DNA of 49,598 nucleotides, from positions 1 to 49,598 of the forward strand of contig MHTL01000002.1 of the NCBI GenBank assembly GCA_001823095.1, written 5' to 3'. A model generated the notes under the pieces. The model was given only the letters and a program-made list of their open reading frames with translations. It made no database searches and was not told the origin of the DNA. The DNA comes from Candidatus Vogelbacteria bacterium RIFOXYD1_FULL_51_18 (GTDB lineage Bacteria > Patescibacteriota > Minisyncoccia > Phycocordibacterales > UBA9988). A program made the position numbers and the translations under genes. Of the stretch, positions 1-8,144 are shown piece after piece (positions within the stretch are counted from its first letter, which is position 1; each line of letters opens with the position of its first letter).

Positions 1-51
1 GCAATCCTAGCATACTTTAAAAGTGTCGGCTAATCTGCTAGAATCCGCTTT

Positions 52-738
52 ATGTCAACACATGCATCACAAAGCGGAGCGCGCGTCTTCCTCTGGCTTT
101 TAGGCCTCACGCTCATTGCGCTTGCAGGGTTTATTGTTTATATGGCAACGCGGGATGGGGGAGGAGGGAGTGGAACCCTCGCGCCGGGGCTGAAGAATGA
201 TGATCATGCAAGAGGAGCAAGCTCCAATACGCTTGTTTTTGTGGAGTACAGCGATTTTGAGTGCCCCGCGTGTTTAGCGGCGCAACCGGCACTACGCTCG
301 TTGTACGCTGAATTTGCTTCAACGACGACCTTTGTGTACCGTCATTTGCCCTTGTCCCAGCATAAAAACGCAGAGCTTGCAGCGCTTGCCTCCGAGGCGG
401 CCGCCAAGCAGGGCAAGTTTTGGGAGATGCACGATACGCTTTTTGACAGCCAACGGGAGTGGGCGGGAATACCAAATGACCAAGCAAAAGCGTACTTTGT
501 GAAGCTTGCCGAAGGACTTACCCTTGAGACAGTGCGTTTTGCTGTCGACATGGAGAGCGAGGAGCTCCGCGTGCGAGTGCGGCGCGACGCCGATGAGGCG
601 GCGCGCATCGGCGTGCGGGGCACGCCAACCTTCTATGTTAATGGGGTCCAGCTGAAGGTAAAGAGTTTTGATGACCTGCGTGTAGCGCTCCTTGCCCTGA
701 ACGCAGTTGAAGGGTTTGCTACAAGTACAACTCAATAA
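52..738 (+). CDS. DsbA-family (thioredoxin-fold) disulfide oxidoreductase, membrane anchored
   Basis: N-terminal TM helix, EYSDFECPAC active site, cis-Pro loop GVRGTPTF; adjacent to VKOR. Confidence 0.92.
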   Translation: MSTHASQSGARVFLWLLGLTLIALAGFIVYMATRDGGGGSGTLAPGLKNDDHARGASSNTLVFVEYSDFECPACLAAQPALRSLYAEFASTTTFVYRHLPLSQHKNAELAALASEAAAKQGKFWEMHDTLFDSQREWAGIPNDQAKAYFVKLAEGLTLETVRFAVDMESEELRVRVRRDADEAARIGVRGTPTFYVNGVQLKVKSFDDLRVALLALNAVEGFATSTTQ

Positions 739-1178
739 TGACATACAAAACAGTAGCAGGATTCTGGATTGCGCTCGCTTTCCTCGGGCTTATAGATGCG
801 GGCTATATTACGGTGAAGTACTACTCGGGCGGTGAGGTGGCCTGTCCCATCACCGGCGGCTGCAGTGATGTGCTCACGAGCGCCTACAGCCAGATTATGG
901 GCTTCCCCGTCTCTGCTTACGGCCTCATCTTCTACCTCGCAGCGCTCTTGCTCGCATTCCTCTACCTTGATAGTGGCAGAAAGTGGATTGAGAACGCCAT
1001 GCCCTTACTTGGGTTTACGGGCTTTCTCTTCACCCTCTGGTTCGTGTATCTCCAAATTTTTGTCATTGAGGCAATCTGCTTTTACTGCATGGTCTCGGCG
1101 CTCCTCTCCACCACCATCTTTGCCCTTGCTCTTGCCGCATTTCTCACGCATCGGGGGGAAACAGCTATTCAAGACTGA
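738..1178 (+). CDS. Vitamin K epoxide reductase (VKOR) family DsbB analogue
   Basis: ACPITGGCSDVLTSAYS loop cysteines, CFYC redox motif, several TM helices; start overlaps dsbA stop. Confidence 0.92.
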   Translation: MTYKTVAGFWIALAFLGLIDAGYITVKYYSGGEVACPITGGCSDVLTSAYSQIMGFPVSAYGLIFYLAALLLAFLYLDSGRKWIENAMPLLGFTGFLFTLWFVYLQIFVIEAICFYCMVSALLSTTIFALALAAFLTHRGETAIQD

Positions 1179-1182
1179 ACCG

Positions 1183-1256
1183 TGGTGCGGGTAGGGAGAA
1201 TCGAACTCCCGTCTCATCCTTGGCAAGGACGTGTTCTACCACTAAACCATACCCGC
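1183..1256 (-). tRNA. tRNA-Gly(GCC)
   Basis: Reverse complement GCGGGTATGGTTTAGTGGTAGAACACGTCCTTGCCAAGGATGAGACGGGAGTTCGATTCTCCCTACCCGCACCA: cloverleaf, GCC anticodon, TTCGA T-loop, encoded CCA. Confidence 0.97.
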
Positions 1257-1392
1257 CTTCGTTCGCCGCCACGGGCGGACTTCGGCGAGGTAAACCCGCC
1301 GCATTTCGTTATCCTATCAGAGCTTTGGCGTAGGTTCAACGTCGGGACGATAAAGAGCTTGACAGAATCTTATCTCTCTTGCTACGCTTGCC

Positions 1393-1470
1393 GTAGATGA
1401 GAGCACAGGTTGGCTAATTCATCTACTTCCTGTGCTAGCCCGTCGCGCCATGCGCGGCGGGCTTCGCTAC
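1393..1470 (+). ncRNA. Candidate small structured RNA (interleaved 8-bp helices plus GC hairpin)
   Basis: Promoter TTGACA(1359)-18-TGcTACGCT(1383); 1393-1400 pairs with 1419-1426, 1402-1409 pairs with 1429-1436; hairpin 1437-1463. Confidence 0.4.
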
Positions 1471-1519
1471 TTGTGCTATAATTAACGAGAACGTACTTTA
1501 TTCTTCAGGAGGTGTAAGA

Positions 1520-1744
1520 ATGGTAATTGGAACAAAAGAACTGTCACTTATTGGCGAGTACTGCACACTGCTCAACACAGAGGGCGTACAGGCCGCCGAT
1601 ATATTTCTGGCCCATTTAGCGCCCGAAGACTGGACGATGGTCAGGAATGAGGCTCTGGCTGCTCGCTTCATTTTCACTCACCGTCCTTCTGGAAATAGAC
1701 CTTATCCACTCCCGTCTGCAGGTGCATACCCAGCTGCGCTATAG
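1520..1744 (+). CDS. Small hypothetical protein (74 aa)
   Basis: TGcTATAAT promoter at about 1474-1482 and strong AGGAGGT RBS before the ATG. Confidence 0.6.
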   Translation: MVIGTKELSLIGEYCTLLNTEGVQAADIFLAHLAPEDWTMVRNEALAARFIFTHRPSGNRPYPLPSAGAYPAAL

Positions 1745-1751
1745 TGCAGAG

Positions 1752-1886
1752 GTGAAAGCCTATTGCTACCTCAACGGGCGTATCGTCCCGCTTGCCAAAG
1801 CGGGACTTTCTCTTTCTGACCTCGGCGTCCTGCGTGGCTATGGGGTCTTTGACTTTCTGCGTACCTACAACGGCAAGCCTTTCTGA
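1752..1886 (+). pseudogene. Truncated class IV PLP aminotransferase (IlvE/Dat/PabC-like) N-terminus
   Basis: [13 protein letters not shown]...[23 protein letters not shown] is a typical class IV N-terminus but stops after 44 codons. Confidence 0.8.
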
Positions 1887-1924
1887 AAGCATGTCGAGAG
1901 CTTACTGCTCGATATTAGCTCAAC

Positions 1925-1958
1925 AAAAACCCTATCCGCTGCAGCGGATAGGGTTTTT
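1925..1958. terminator. Bidirectional terminator, perfect 34-bp palindrome
   Basis: AAAAACCCTATCCGCTG|CAGCGGATAGGGTTTTT between convergent genes. Confidence 0.8.
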
Positions 1959-1968
1959 ACAGGGCAGG

Positions 1969-2241
1969 TTATTTGACCGCGTCCTTTAATGCTTTTGCGG
2001 GGCGGAATTTGGGAACATTCATCGCTTTCACCTGAATGCTCTCTCCTGTGCGCGGGTTGCGCGCGGTGCGTGCCGCGCGAGCCTTTACTGAAAAGATTCC
2101 GAGCCCGGCAATGGAGACCTCTCCGCCTTTTGCGAGCGTGGAGACGATCGCATCAATCATGGCGTCAACTGCCTCTTCGGCAGATACCTTAGTTCCGCCA
2201 ATCTTCTGGTAGACGACATCGACGATACTTTGCTTATTCAT
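1969..2241 (-). CDS. hup: HU family DNA-binding protein
   Basis: MNKQ...GGEVSIAGLGIFSVKARAARTARNPRTGE...VPKFRPAKALKDAVK. Confidence 0.97.
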   Translation of the reverse strand: MNKQSIVDVVYQKIGGTKVSAEEAVDAMIDAIVSTLAKGGEVSIAGLGIFSVKARAARTARNPRTGESIQVKAMNVPKFRPAKALKDAVK

Positions 2242-2319
2242 AAACGTGTGCTCTAGTTGGTAATAACGCGACCTTAGTAATACTAGCTATAAGTATACCA
2301 AGCTAGTCTTGCCTGTCTA

Positions 2320-3858
2320 CTATCGGGCATATTCCACCACCCGCGCCTCGCGGATAACGGTTACTTTGATTTCTCCCGGGTACTTAAGCTCGCGCTCTAT
2401 CCTAAGCGCGATTTCGCGCGCCATTCGGCGCGCTTCCACGTCGCCAACCTCCTCGGGGACCACGAAAATGCGTATCTCGCGTCCCGCTTGGATGGCGTAA
2501 CTCTTCTCAATGCCGGCAAAGGAGCTGGCAATGTTCTCCAAGTCGGTGAGCCGCTTGAGGAAGTTCTCCACGCTGTCGCGCCGCGCGCCAGGCCTGCCGC
2601 CCGAGATGGCGTCGGCAACCTGCACGATGATGGATTCAATGGTCTCGTAGGGGTATTCCTCGTGATGGCTGCGCATGGCCTTGATGATTGATTCATCCAC
2701 GCCAAACTTCTCCAGTATTCTGATGCCGATTTCCACATGAGTTCCCGGCACCTCGTGGTCAATCGCCTTGCCGATGTCATGCAGAAGCGCTCCCACCTTG
2801 GCCACCGAGACGTCAGCGCCGAGCTCCTCGGCAAGCATACCGGCAATGTGGGCCATCTCAATGGAGTGGGTGAGCACGTTTTGCCCATAGCTGGTGCGGA
2901 AGTGGAGCCGGCCCAGTATCATAAGCACGCGCGGGTCCAGGTTAAGCGCGCCGGTTTCGTAGGCGGCCGCTTCGCCTTTCTCCTTGATAATTTTATTAAT
3001 CTCATTTTTTGCCTTCTCCACCATTTCCTCAATCTTTGCGGGTTGAATGCGCCCATCGGCGATGAGATTCTCCAAAGCAGCCTTGGCAATGTGGCGGCGC
3101 ACGGGGTCAAAGGAGGAAATAGTGATGGCGCCTGGCGTATCGTCAACAATCAGTTCAACGCCCGCCATGCGCTCAAAAGCGCGGATGTTGCGCCCTTCCT
3201 TGCCGATAATCTTCCCCTTCACGTCGTCGGAGGGGATAATCACGGCGGTAGACATAATCTCCGGAGTAGAAGAGCTCGCAAGGCGCTGGATGACAGTGGC
3301 GAGAATGTCTTTAGCGCGGCGCTCCAGCGTCTCTCCCGCTTGCGTTTCCAACTTGCGCATGCGCACAGCGAGGTCTTCCTCGGCCTCGCGCTCAACGCTC
3401 TTGACGATCTCAGCGCGCGCCTCATCGCGTGAGAGGCCGGCAATCTCTTCCAGTTTCTTGGCGCGCTCTGCCTCCAAAGCCACGCCACGCTCCTTAATTG
3501 TCCTCACCTCCTCAACCTTCGCTTTAATACTCTCCAATTCGCGGTCAATATCAACCTGTCGCTTGTCCAGAGTCTCGTCTTTCTTAATAAGGTGCTCTTC
3601 TTTTCTTTTGAGTTCCTGTTCTTTTTCTCGTTCCTTTTCCTTTGCCTCCTTCAGGAGCCGTTCGGACTCCTTTTCCGCTTCGGCAATGCGACGCTGCGCC
3701 TCCGCCTTGGCATCGAGGAACGTCTGCTTGATGGTGAGCTCCATAGAGCCCTTCTGGCTCAAGGTGATGAGCCAGCGGAGTATGTATCCCAGCACCACGC
3801 CGGAGAGCCCCGTTGCCGCGAGGAGAAGAATCAATTTTGTAACATTCATAGGCGACAT
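2320..3858 (-). CDS. rny: Ribonuclease Y (start may be 3849)
   Basis: N-terminal TM and coiled coil, KH motif KGKIIGKEGRNIR, HD domain LLHDIGKA, ADAISGGRPGAR. Confidence 0.97.
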   Translation of the reverse strand: MSPMNVTKLILLLAATGLSGVVLGYILRWLITLSQKGSMELTIKQTFLDAKAEAQRRIAEAEKESERLLKEAKEKEREKEQELKRKEEHLIKKDETLDKRQVDIDRELESIKAKVEEVRTIKERGVALEAERAKKLEEIAGLSRDEARAEIVKSVEREAEEDLAVRMRKLETQAGETLERRAKDILATVIQRLASSSTPEIMSTAVIIPSDDVKGKIIGKEGRNIRAFERMAGVELIVDDTPGAITISSFDPVRRHIAKAALENLIADGRIQPAKIEEMVEKAKNEINKIIKEKGEAAAYETGALNLDPRVLMILGRLHFRTSYGQNVLTHSIEMAHIAGMLAEELGADVSVAKVGALLHDIGKAIDHEVPGTHVEIGIRILEKFGVDESIIKAMRSHHEEYPYETIESIIVQVADAISGGRPGARRDSVENFLKRLTDLENIASSFAGIEKSYAIQAGREIRIFVVPEEVGDVEARRMAREIALRIERELKYPGEIKVTVIREARVVEYAR

Positions 3859-3979
3859 CTGTCGCCGTGACTACATCAGACTAACCACGCGTGGCGGACC
3901 TCCCTACTGGCAGGCAGGATACAGAGGTAAACTTTAAGGCTCGATGTATACGCTGACAATCTGATTTCACGGAAGACAG
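3859..3979 (-). ncRNA. Candidate 6S-like RNA upstream of rny
   Basis: Long interrupted closing stem (CTGTC/GACAG, CCGTGA/TCACGG, ATCAGATTG/TAGTCTGAT, GCGT/ACGC), own sigma70 promoter, position upstream of rny. Confidence 0.5.
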
Positions 3980-4005
3980 TAACAATAAAAAACGTAATAA
4001 TCTGT

Positions 4006-4034
4006 ATCATACCAGAACTCGCCTCGCGAGTCAA
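4006..4034 (-). promoter_or_regulatory. Sigma70 promoter for candidate 6S RNA/rny
   Basis: TTGACT (4034-4029), 17-nt spacer, TGgTATGAT (4014-4006). Confidence 0.7.
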
Positions 4035-4043
4035 AACCTCCCC

Positions 4044-4634
4044 TTATGCCTTCTTTGCTTGAAGTATTTTATCAATGAGACCGTACTTCTTTGCCTCTTC
4101 AGAGCCCATCCAATTGTCGCGCTCGGAATCACGCTCAACAATGTCGGGACTCTTGCCGGTATGCTTGGCAAGGAGCATGTTGAGCCGGCTTTTAAGCTTG
4201 AGGATGTAGCGCGCGTTAATCTCAATGTCGGTGGCCTGGCCCTGGAAGCCGGAGGAAATCTGGTGGATCATGATGTCGGAGTTGGGAAGGCAGTAGCGCT
4301 TACCCTTGGCGCCGGACGCAAGGAGAAAGGCGCCCATGGAGGCCGCGACACCCACGCAGATGGTGGAGACGTCAGGCTTGACGTATTGCATTGTGTCGTA
4401 GATGGCGAGCCCTGCGGCTACCGAGCCGCCCGGCGAGTTGATGTAGAGGAGCATGTCCTTCTGCGCGTTCTCCGATTCCAGAAAGAGCATCTGGGCAATG
4501 ACGAGGTTTGCCACATGGTCGTCAATGGGACCGCCGAGGAAGATGATGCGGTCCTTCAGGAGGCGCGAGTAAATGTCGTAGGCGCGCTCGCCGTAGGTGG
4601 ATTTTTCGATAACCGTCGGGATGAGAATTGACAT
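4044..4634 (-). CDS. clpP: ATP-dependent Clp protease proteolytic subunit
   Basis: [45 protein letters not shown] (catalytic Ser), MIHQ; start trimmed from the 4847 ORF. Confidence 0.97.
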   Translation of the reverse strand: MSILIPTVIEKSTYGERAYDIYSRLLKDRIIFLGGPIDDHVANLVIAQMLFLESENAQKDMLLYINSPGGSVAAGLAIYDTMQYVKPDVSTICVGVAASMGAFLLASGAKGKRYCLPNSDIMIHQISSGFQGQATDIEINARYILKLKSRLNMLLAKHTGKSPDIVERDSERDNWMGSEEAKKYGLIDKILQAKKA

Positions 4635-4807
4635 AATTGAAATATAACGTACTAAGTTTTGAGTGTCAATCCCTTGTAATGCCATGGAGAGTGCCGGAGG
4701 ATAGGTAGGCATGGGCAATCCCTTACTCATCAGCAAAGACCTTATTCCACCGGTCTTGCACTGACTTTTCCATGTGCAAACTATAACAAAACGTGGTCGA
4801 GAATAAA

Positions 4808-4837
4808 AAGCCCGACGATGATAAATCGCGGGCTTTG
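4808..4837. terminator. Intrinsic terminator-like hairpin after the histidine phosphatase gene
   Basis: AAAGCCCG...CGGGCTTT inverted repeat with A/T flanks. Confidence 0.55.
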
Positions 4838-4863
4838 CGGATAACAATAAGGGGTAGATGGCA

Positions 4864-5526
4864 TCACGAATCTTCTTGAAGGCGCGTGATGGGAAAACTA
4901 TGCTTCTTGAGAGGCTTATTTAAGGTGTAGTGCCCGTCATTTCCTCTTGTAAGAATTCGGCACTCACAGTTGCCAAGATTGCTAAATGACTCAAAAAGCT
5001 CCTCTTCCCAACCCATGATAATCATGAGCAAGACTCGGAATTCAAAGCCGTGAGAAAACACGACGATGTCATCCTCTGTCTCTTTCTGTAAGGTAAACAT
5101 CTTCTCCTTGAAAGCTCTCAACCTGCTAATCATACTGGCTACGCTTTCTCCGGTGGGGAATGTATATCGTAGAACTCCAGTCTTGTACCGTTCAGCTTCA
5201 ATCCCAGGTCTATTTTCGGCAGTGATTTTACCCCAATCTTGCTTTACGATGAGCGGCTCAACCTCAATTTGGACATTTACATGATCCGGCAGTTTCGGCA
5301 AAATAATTTTAAGCGTTTGCATGTTTCGAACGCCGGGAGAGGTGTAGAATCGAACGCAGGTGGCATTTTTTAGAAGCTGGGCTAATGTTGCACCAAAATT
5401 TTGAGCCTGCTGGATTCCTTTTTCGGTAAGCGGAATCTCGAGGTCATTCAGTACATCATAGATATTGTTATCTATATCTTCAAGAGACTCTGCATGCCTG
5501 CAGATGATTATTTTTGGATTCTCCAC
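4864..5526 (-). CDS. Histidine phosphatase (phosphoglycerate mutase-like) family protein
   Basis: IICRHAES (RHG-like), [21 protein letters not shown]. Confidence 0.88.
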   Translation of the reverse strand: MENPKIIICRHAESLEDIDNNIYDVLNDLEIPLTEKGIQQAQNFGATLAQLLKNATCVRFYTSPGVRNMQTLKIILPKLPDHVNVQIEVEPLIVKQDWGKITAENRPGIEAERYKTGVLRYTFPTGESVASMISRLRAFKEKMFTLQKETEDDIVVFSHGFEFRVLLMIIMGWEEELFESFSNLGNCECRILTRGNDGHYTLNKPLKKHSFPITRLQEDS

Positions 5527-5579
5527 GATACTATCCTTTCTGGTTGGTTTTTCTTTCGTTTCGCAGTAAACTCAATTTA

Positions 5580-6143
5580 ATGAGTAGCCTAGACGATAAG
5601 GAGAACAGTGAGGCATTGATGGTATTGTGCGACAAGGATATTTTCCCGGATGCGCTAGATCTAACCAGTGTAGTTTGGAAAGATCGTCTAACCGGCAAAG
5701 TTGTTCTCTTCAATGAAGAGAACGAGATTGCTTTAATCGGTAATAAGGTAAACGATTTTTTCCTGTTGCCCGGAGGCGGGATAGAGAACGCTGAGTCTGT
5801 TGTCGAGGGTGTCAAGCGTGAATGTCAAGAAGAGACGGGTTGCGAAATCGAGATTCAGAATGCGCTTGGTATAACCGAGGACTTCCGTGCTCGTGACGGT
5901 AGACACTGCATCAGTTACGGATATTGTGCGAAAACCATCTCTTACGGCACTGCGGTTCCCACTAAAAAAGAGACCGATATCGGTGCCTACGTGAGATGGC
6001 TTTCTTTACCCGAAGCAATTGCATTGTTCGTATCACAAGAAAAAAAGGTAAAGGCTGGCGAGGTAAAGTTCTACAACACCTGCTTTAACATATTTCGTGA
6101 TTCGCTTTTTGTCCGCCGCGCTCAAGACATTATTCAGGGATAG
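5580..6143 (+). CDS. NUDIX hydrolase
   Basis: Nudix box PGGGIENAESVVEGVKRECQEETG. Confidence 0.9.
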   Translation: MSSLDDKENSEALMVLCDKDIFPDALDLTSVVWKDRLTGKVVLFNEENEIALIGNKVNDFFLLPGGGIENAESVVEGVKRECQEETGCEIEIQNALGITEDFRARDGRHCISYGYCAKTISYGTAVPTKKETDIGAYVRWLSLPEAIALFVSQEKKVKAGEVKFYNTCFNIFRDSLFVRRAQDIIQG

Positions 6144-6624
6144 TCGCCGTTCTGATTTTATTGATGATGTAGCTTGTTGATATTTCTTCCTCGTTATAAC
6201 GCGGCAGAAATCTGATCTTGGTGCGGGGTGATGCAATCATAATGTTTTTCATTCGTTGCTCCATCTTTTCCGTATTGCTTGGTTCTTCTCCAAACACAAC
6301 GCTATCCGGCTTCAACAGATGTAACGTTTCAAGGTTGCTGGGACTGATATCAGATATGTACGCGAAATCGACAAACCTGATACTTGCAACCATTTTTGCT
6401 CTCTGCTTCTGGTTGATTATCGGCCGCAATGAATCCTTATACTTTCGAGCGTATGAATCTGAAAGTACTGCGACCACAAGTAAGTCTTCAAGCGAAGCCG
6501 CGTATTCCAATAGATGGATATGCCCAACATGGATGAGGTCGAAGCATCCTCCGACCATCGTGAATCTTTTACTTTGTGGCAAGACATTCTTGACCTCTAT
6601 AGCACTTTGGAATATATTGCTCAT
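6130..6624 (-). CDS. Cytidylyl/adenylyltransferase (HIGH family; RfaE-II/TagD/RibL-like)
   Basis: GGCFDLIHVGH, RPII, ISTSYII; AAGGAG RBS. Confidence 0.88.
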   Translation of the reverse strand: MSNIFQSAIEVKNVLPQSKRFTMVGGCFDLIHVGHIHLLEYAASLEDLLVVAVLSDSYARKYKDSLRPIINQKQRAKMVASIRFVDFAYISDISPSNLETLHLLKPDSVVFGEEPSNTEKMEQRMKNIMIASPRTKIRFLPRYNEEEISTSYIINKIRTATIPE

Positions 6625-6807
6625 AATAGCTCCTTTTGTAAATGTACAATTCTGTTTTGACTCTGGACTCTATAAACATTATATATAAAAGACAGAAAAA
6701 GTCAATCCCTTCGTCCGTAATACTGCAAAATTGAAAAAATCAAAGATTAAAATGACAATGCAAAGTGTAAAATTTTAAATTTTTTCTCTATTTTCCATTT
6801 TGATATT

Positions 6808-7827
6808 TTATTTTTGATTTTCCAAAAATTTAAGTACAAGCTCATTGGTAAGCTGGCCTGCCACATGCGTATGCAGACGAGAGGGATCGGCATCCGGGTA
6901 ATGCTCTAGCAAATGGGCAACTTCATGCGAGATCTCTTCTTCATTCGGCGCGAGCTTCTCCATCTCGGCGATTTTAGCGAGGATGAGTCCCAGTGAGACG
7001 CGCCTCTCGGCATCCGCCTGCCAAACTGCGCGCAATTCGTCCTCTGTTTTTTTGATGTGGGCGAGGTAATCGGGGAACTTGAGTCCCATATGCTCGATAT
7101 TTGCGCGCAGTTCCGCAAGCATTTTCTCTGTTTCTGCGGCAACCAGCGCTCGCGGTACTGTAATGGGTGTTTGTGCAAGGATGGCCTCTAATGCCCTCAT
7201 CCGCCGCTTATCGCGCGTCTTTACTTCTTTTTCTTCCTGGAGGTTCTCTTGTATTTTTGTTTTTAATTCATCAAGAGAAGCAAATTTTCCCACACTGTGC
7301 GCAAATTCATCGTCCGCCGCGGCGGATGCAGGGAGCTCCATTCCATCGTTTCTCCGCGCTTCCCGCAACTCATTCAGTACGGACTCCACTTCTTGGTTGC
7401 TTACGGTAACAGGTTCTGCTTCTTGCGCGAATTCTTGTTCAGCGATTCTGTGGTAATCGGGGAGCTTCACCTCCGGCGTCACGGCAGTCTTAATGGCAAA
7501 GCCCAAAGGGTTATCCTTGGCGAGCTTGGTGATGGTGATTTCAGGGCGGCCGATGGCGTCAATGTTCTGTTCGGCGAGCATTCCCGGGTATTCTGCCGCA
7601 AGCGTCCGCTCCGCCATTTCGTACAGGACGGCAGATTCACCAACATTCTGGACGAGCACCTTCTCGGGAATATGTCCGGAGCGGAAGCCCTCAATGTGTG
7701 CATCCTCCCCCAACTCCTTCACTGCACTTCCCCAGTATGACATAAAAAGCTCTACCGGGATTTCTCCCGTGAGCGTCTTCTCTGATGGCCCGGAATCAGT
7801 TACGGTGAGGGTAATTTTACCTACCAT
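6808..7827 (-). CDS. tig: Trigger factor (short form lacking FKBP domain)
   Basis: Ribosome-binding IEGFRSGHIP, PEVKLPDY, DDEFA; only 339 aa. Confidence 0.93.
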   Translation of the reverse strand: MVGKITLTVTDSGPSEKTLTGEIPVELFMSYWGSAVKELGEDAHIEGFRSGHIPEKVLVQNVGESAVLYEMAERTLAAEYPGMLAEQNIDAIGRPEITITKLAKDNPLGFAIKTAVTPEVKLPDYHRIAEQEFAQEAEPVTVSNQEVESVLNELREARRNDGMELPASAAADDEFAHSVGKFASLDELKTKIQENLQEEKEVKTRDKRRMRALEAILAQTPITVPRALVAAETEKMLAELRANIEHMGLKFPDYLAHIKKTEDELRAVWQADAERRVSLGLILAKIAEMEKLAPNEEEISHEVAHLLEHYPDADPSRLHTHVAGQLTNELVLKFLENQK

Positions 7828-7844
7828 AGACCGCTACTCTAACA

Positions 7845-7882
7845 AAAAAGCTTCTCCGTAGCGAGCTATAGGGAAGCTTTTT
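7845..7882. terminator. Intrinsic terminator hairpin
   Basis: AAAAAGCTTC...GAAGCTTTTT. Confidence 0.6.
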
Positions 7883-7894
7883 ATTTATTCAATC

Positions 7895-8137
7895 TTACTC
7901 CGCAACGGCGGCCTCCAGATCAGAGAGGTCAATAGCGGTCTCAATATCTGCATCAATGGCATTGAGCTCGTCCGAGCTCGTTGCCGTTGTGGTTGCGGTA
8001 GTAGTGGTTGCTGTCGGCGCCGGTACGGGCTCTTCTACCGGTTTCATCACGGCGACGTAAATGCCGCCTGCGACAAGAAGCAGAATAACGATGATTGCTC
8101 CGATAAGCGCTCCCTTTGAACTTGTTTCTCCTTCCAT
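7895..8137 (-). CDS. Small single-pass membrane protein with Thr-rich stalk
   Basis: TM helix, PTATTTTATTTATS, acidic tail. Confidence 0.75.
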   Translation of the reverse strand: MEGETSSKGALIGAIIVILLLVAGGIYVAVMKPVEEPVPAPTATTTTATTTATSSDELNAIDADIETAIDLSDLEAAVAE

Positions 8138-8144
8138 AGTAGTG

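Noticed and set aside
1182-1400. 72-aa ORF MVRVGRIELPSHPWQGRVLPLNHTR
   Set aside because: Antisense translation of tRNA-Gly
1183-1900. tRNA-Gly as a prophage or island attachment site
   Set aside because: No integrase and no duplicated tRNA 3' end seen in the window
3047-3937. 296-aa plus-strand ORF and similar long shadow ORFs (15857-16912, 34235-35260, 20285-21151)
   Set aside because: Antisense to well-supported genes; low-information composition typical of GC-rich shadow frames
4635-4847. 71-aa N-terminal extension of ClpP in the ORF track
   Set aside because: Homology begins at MSILIPTV and a promoter lies directly upstream of ATG 4634
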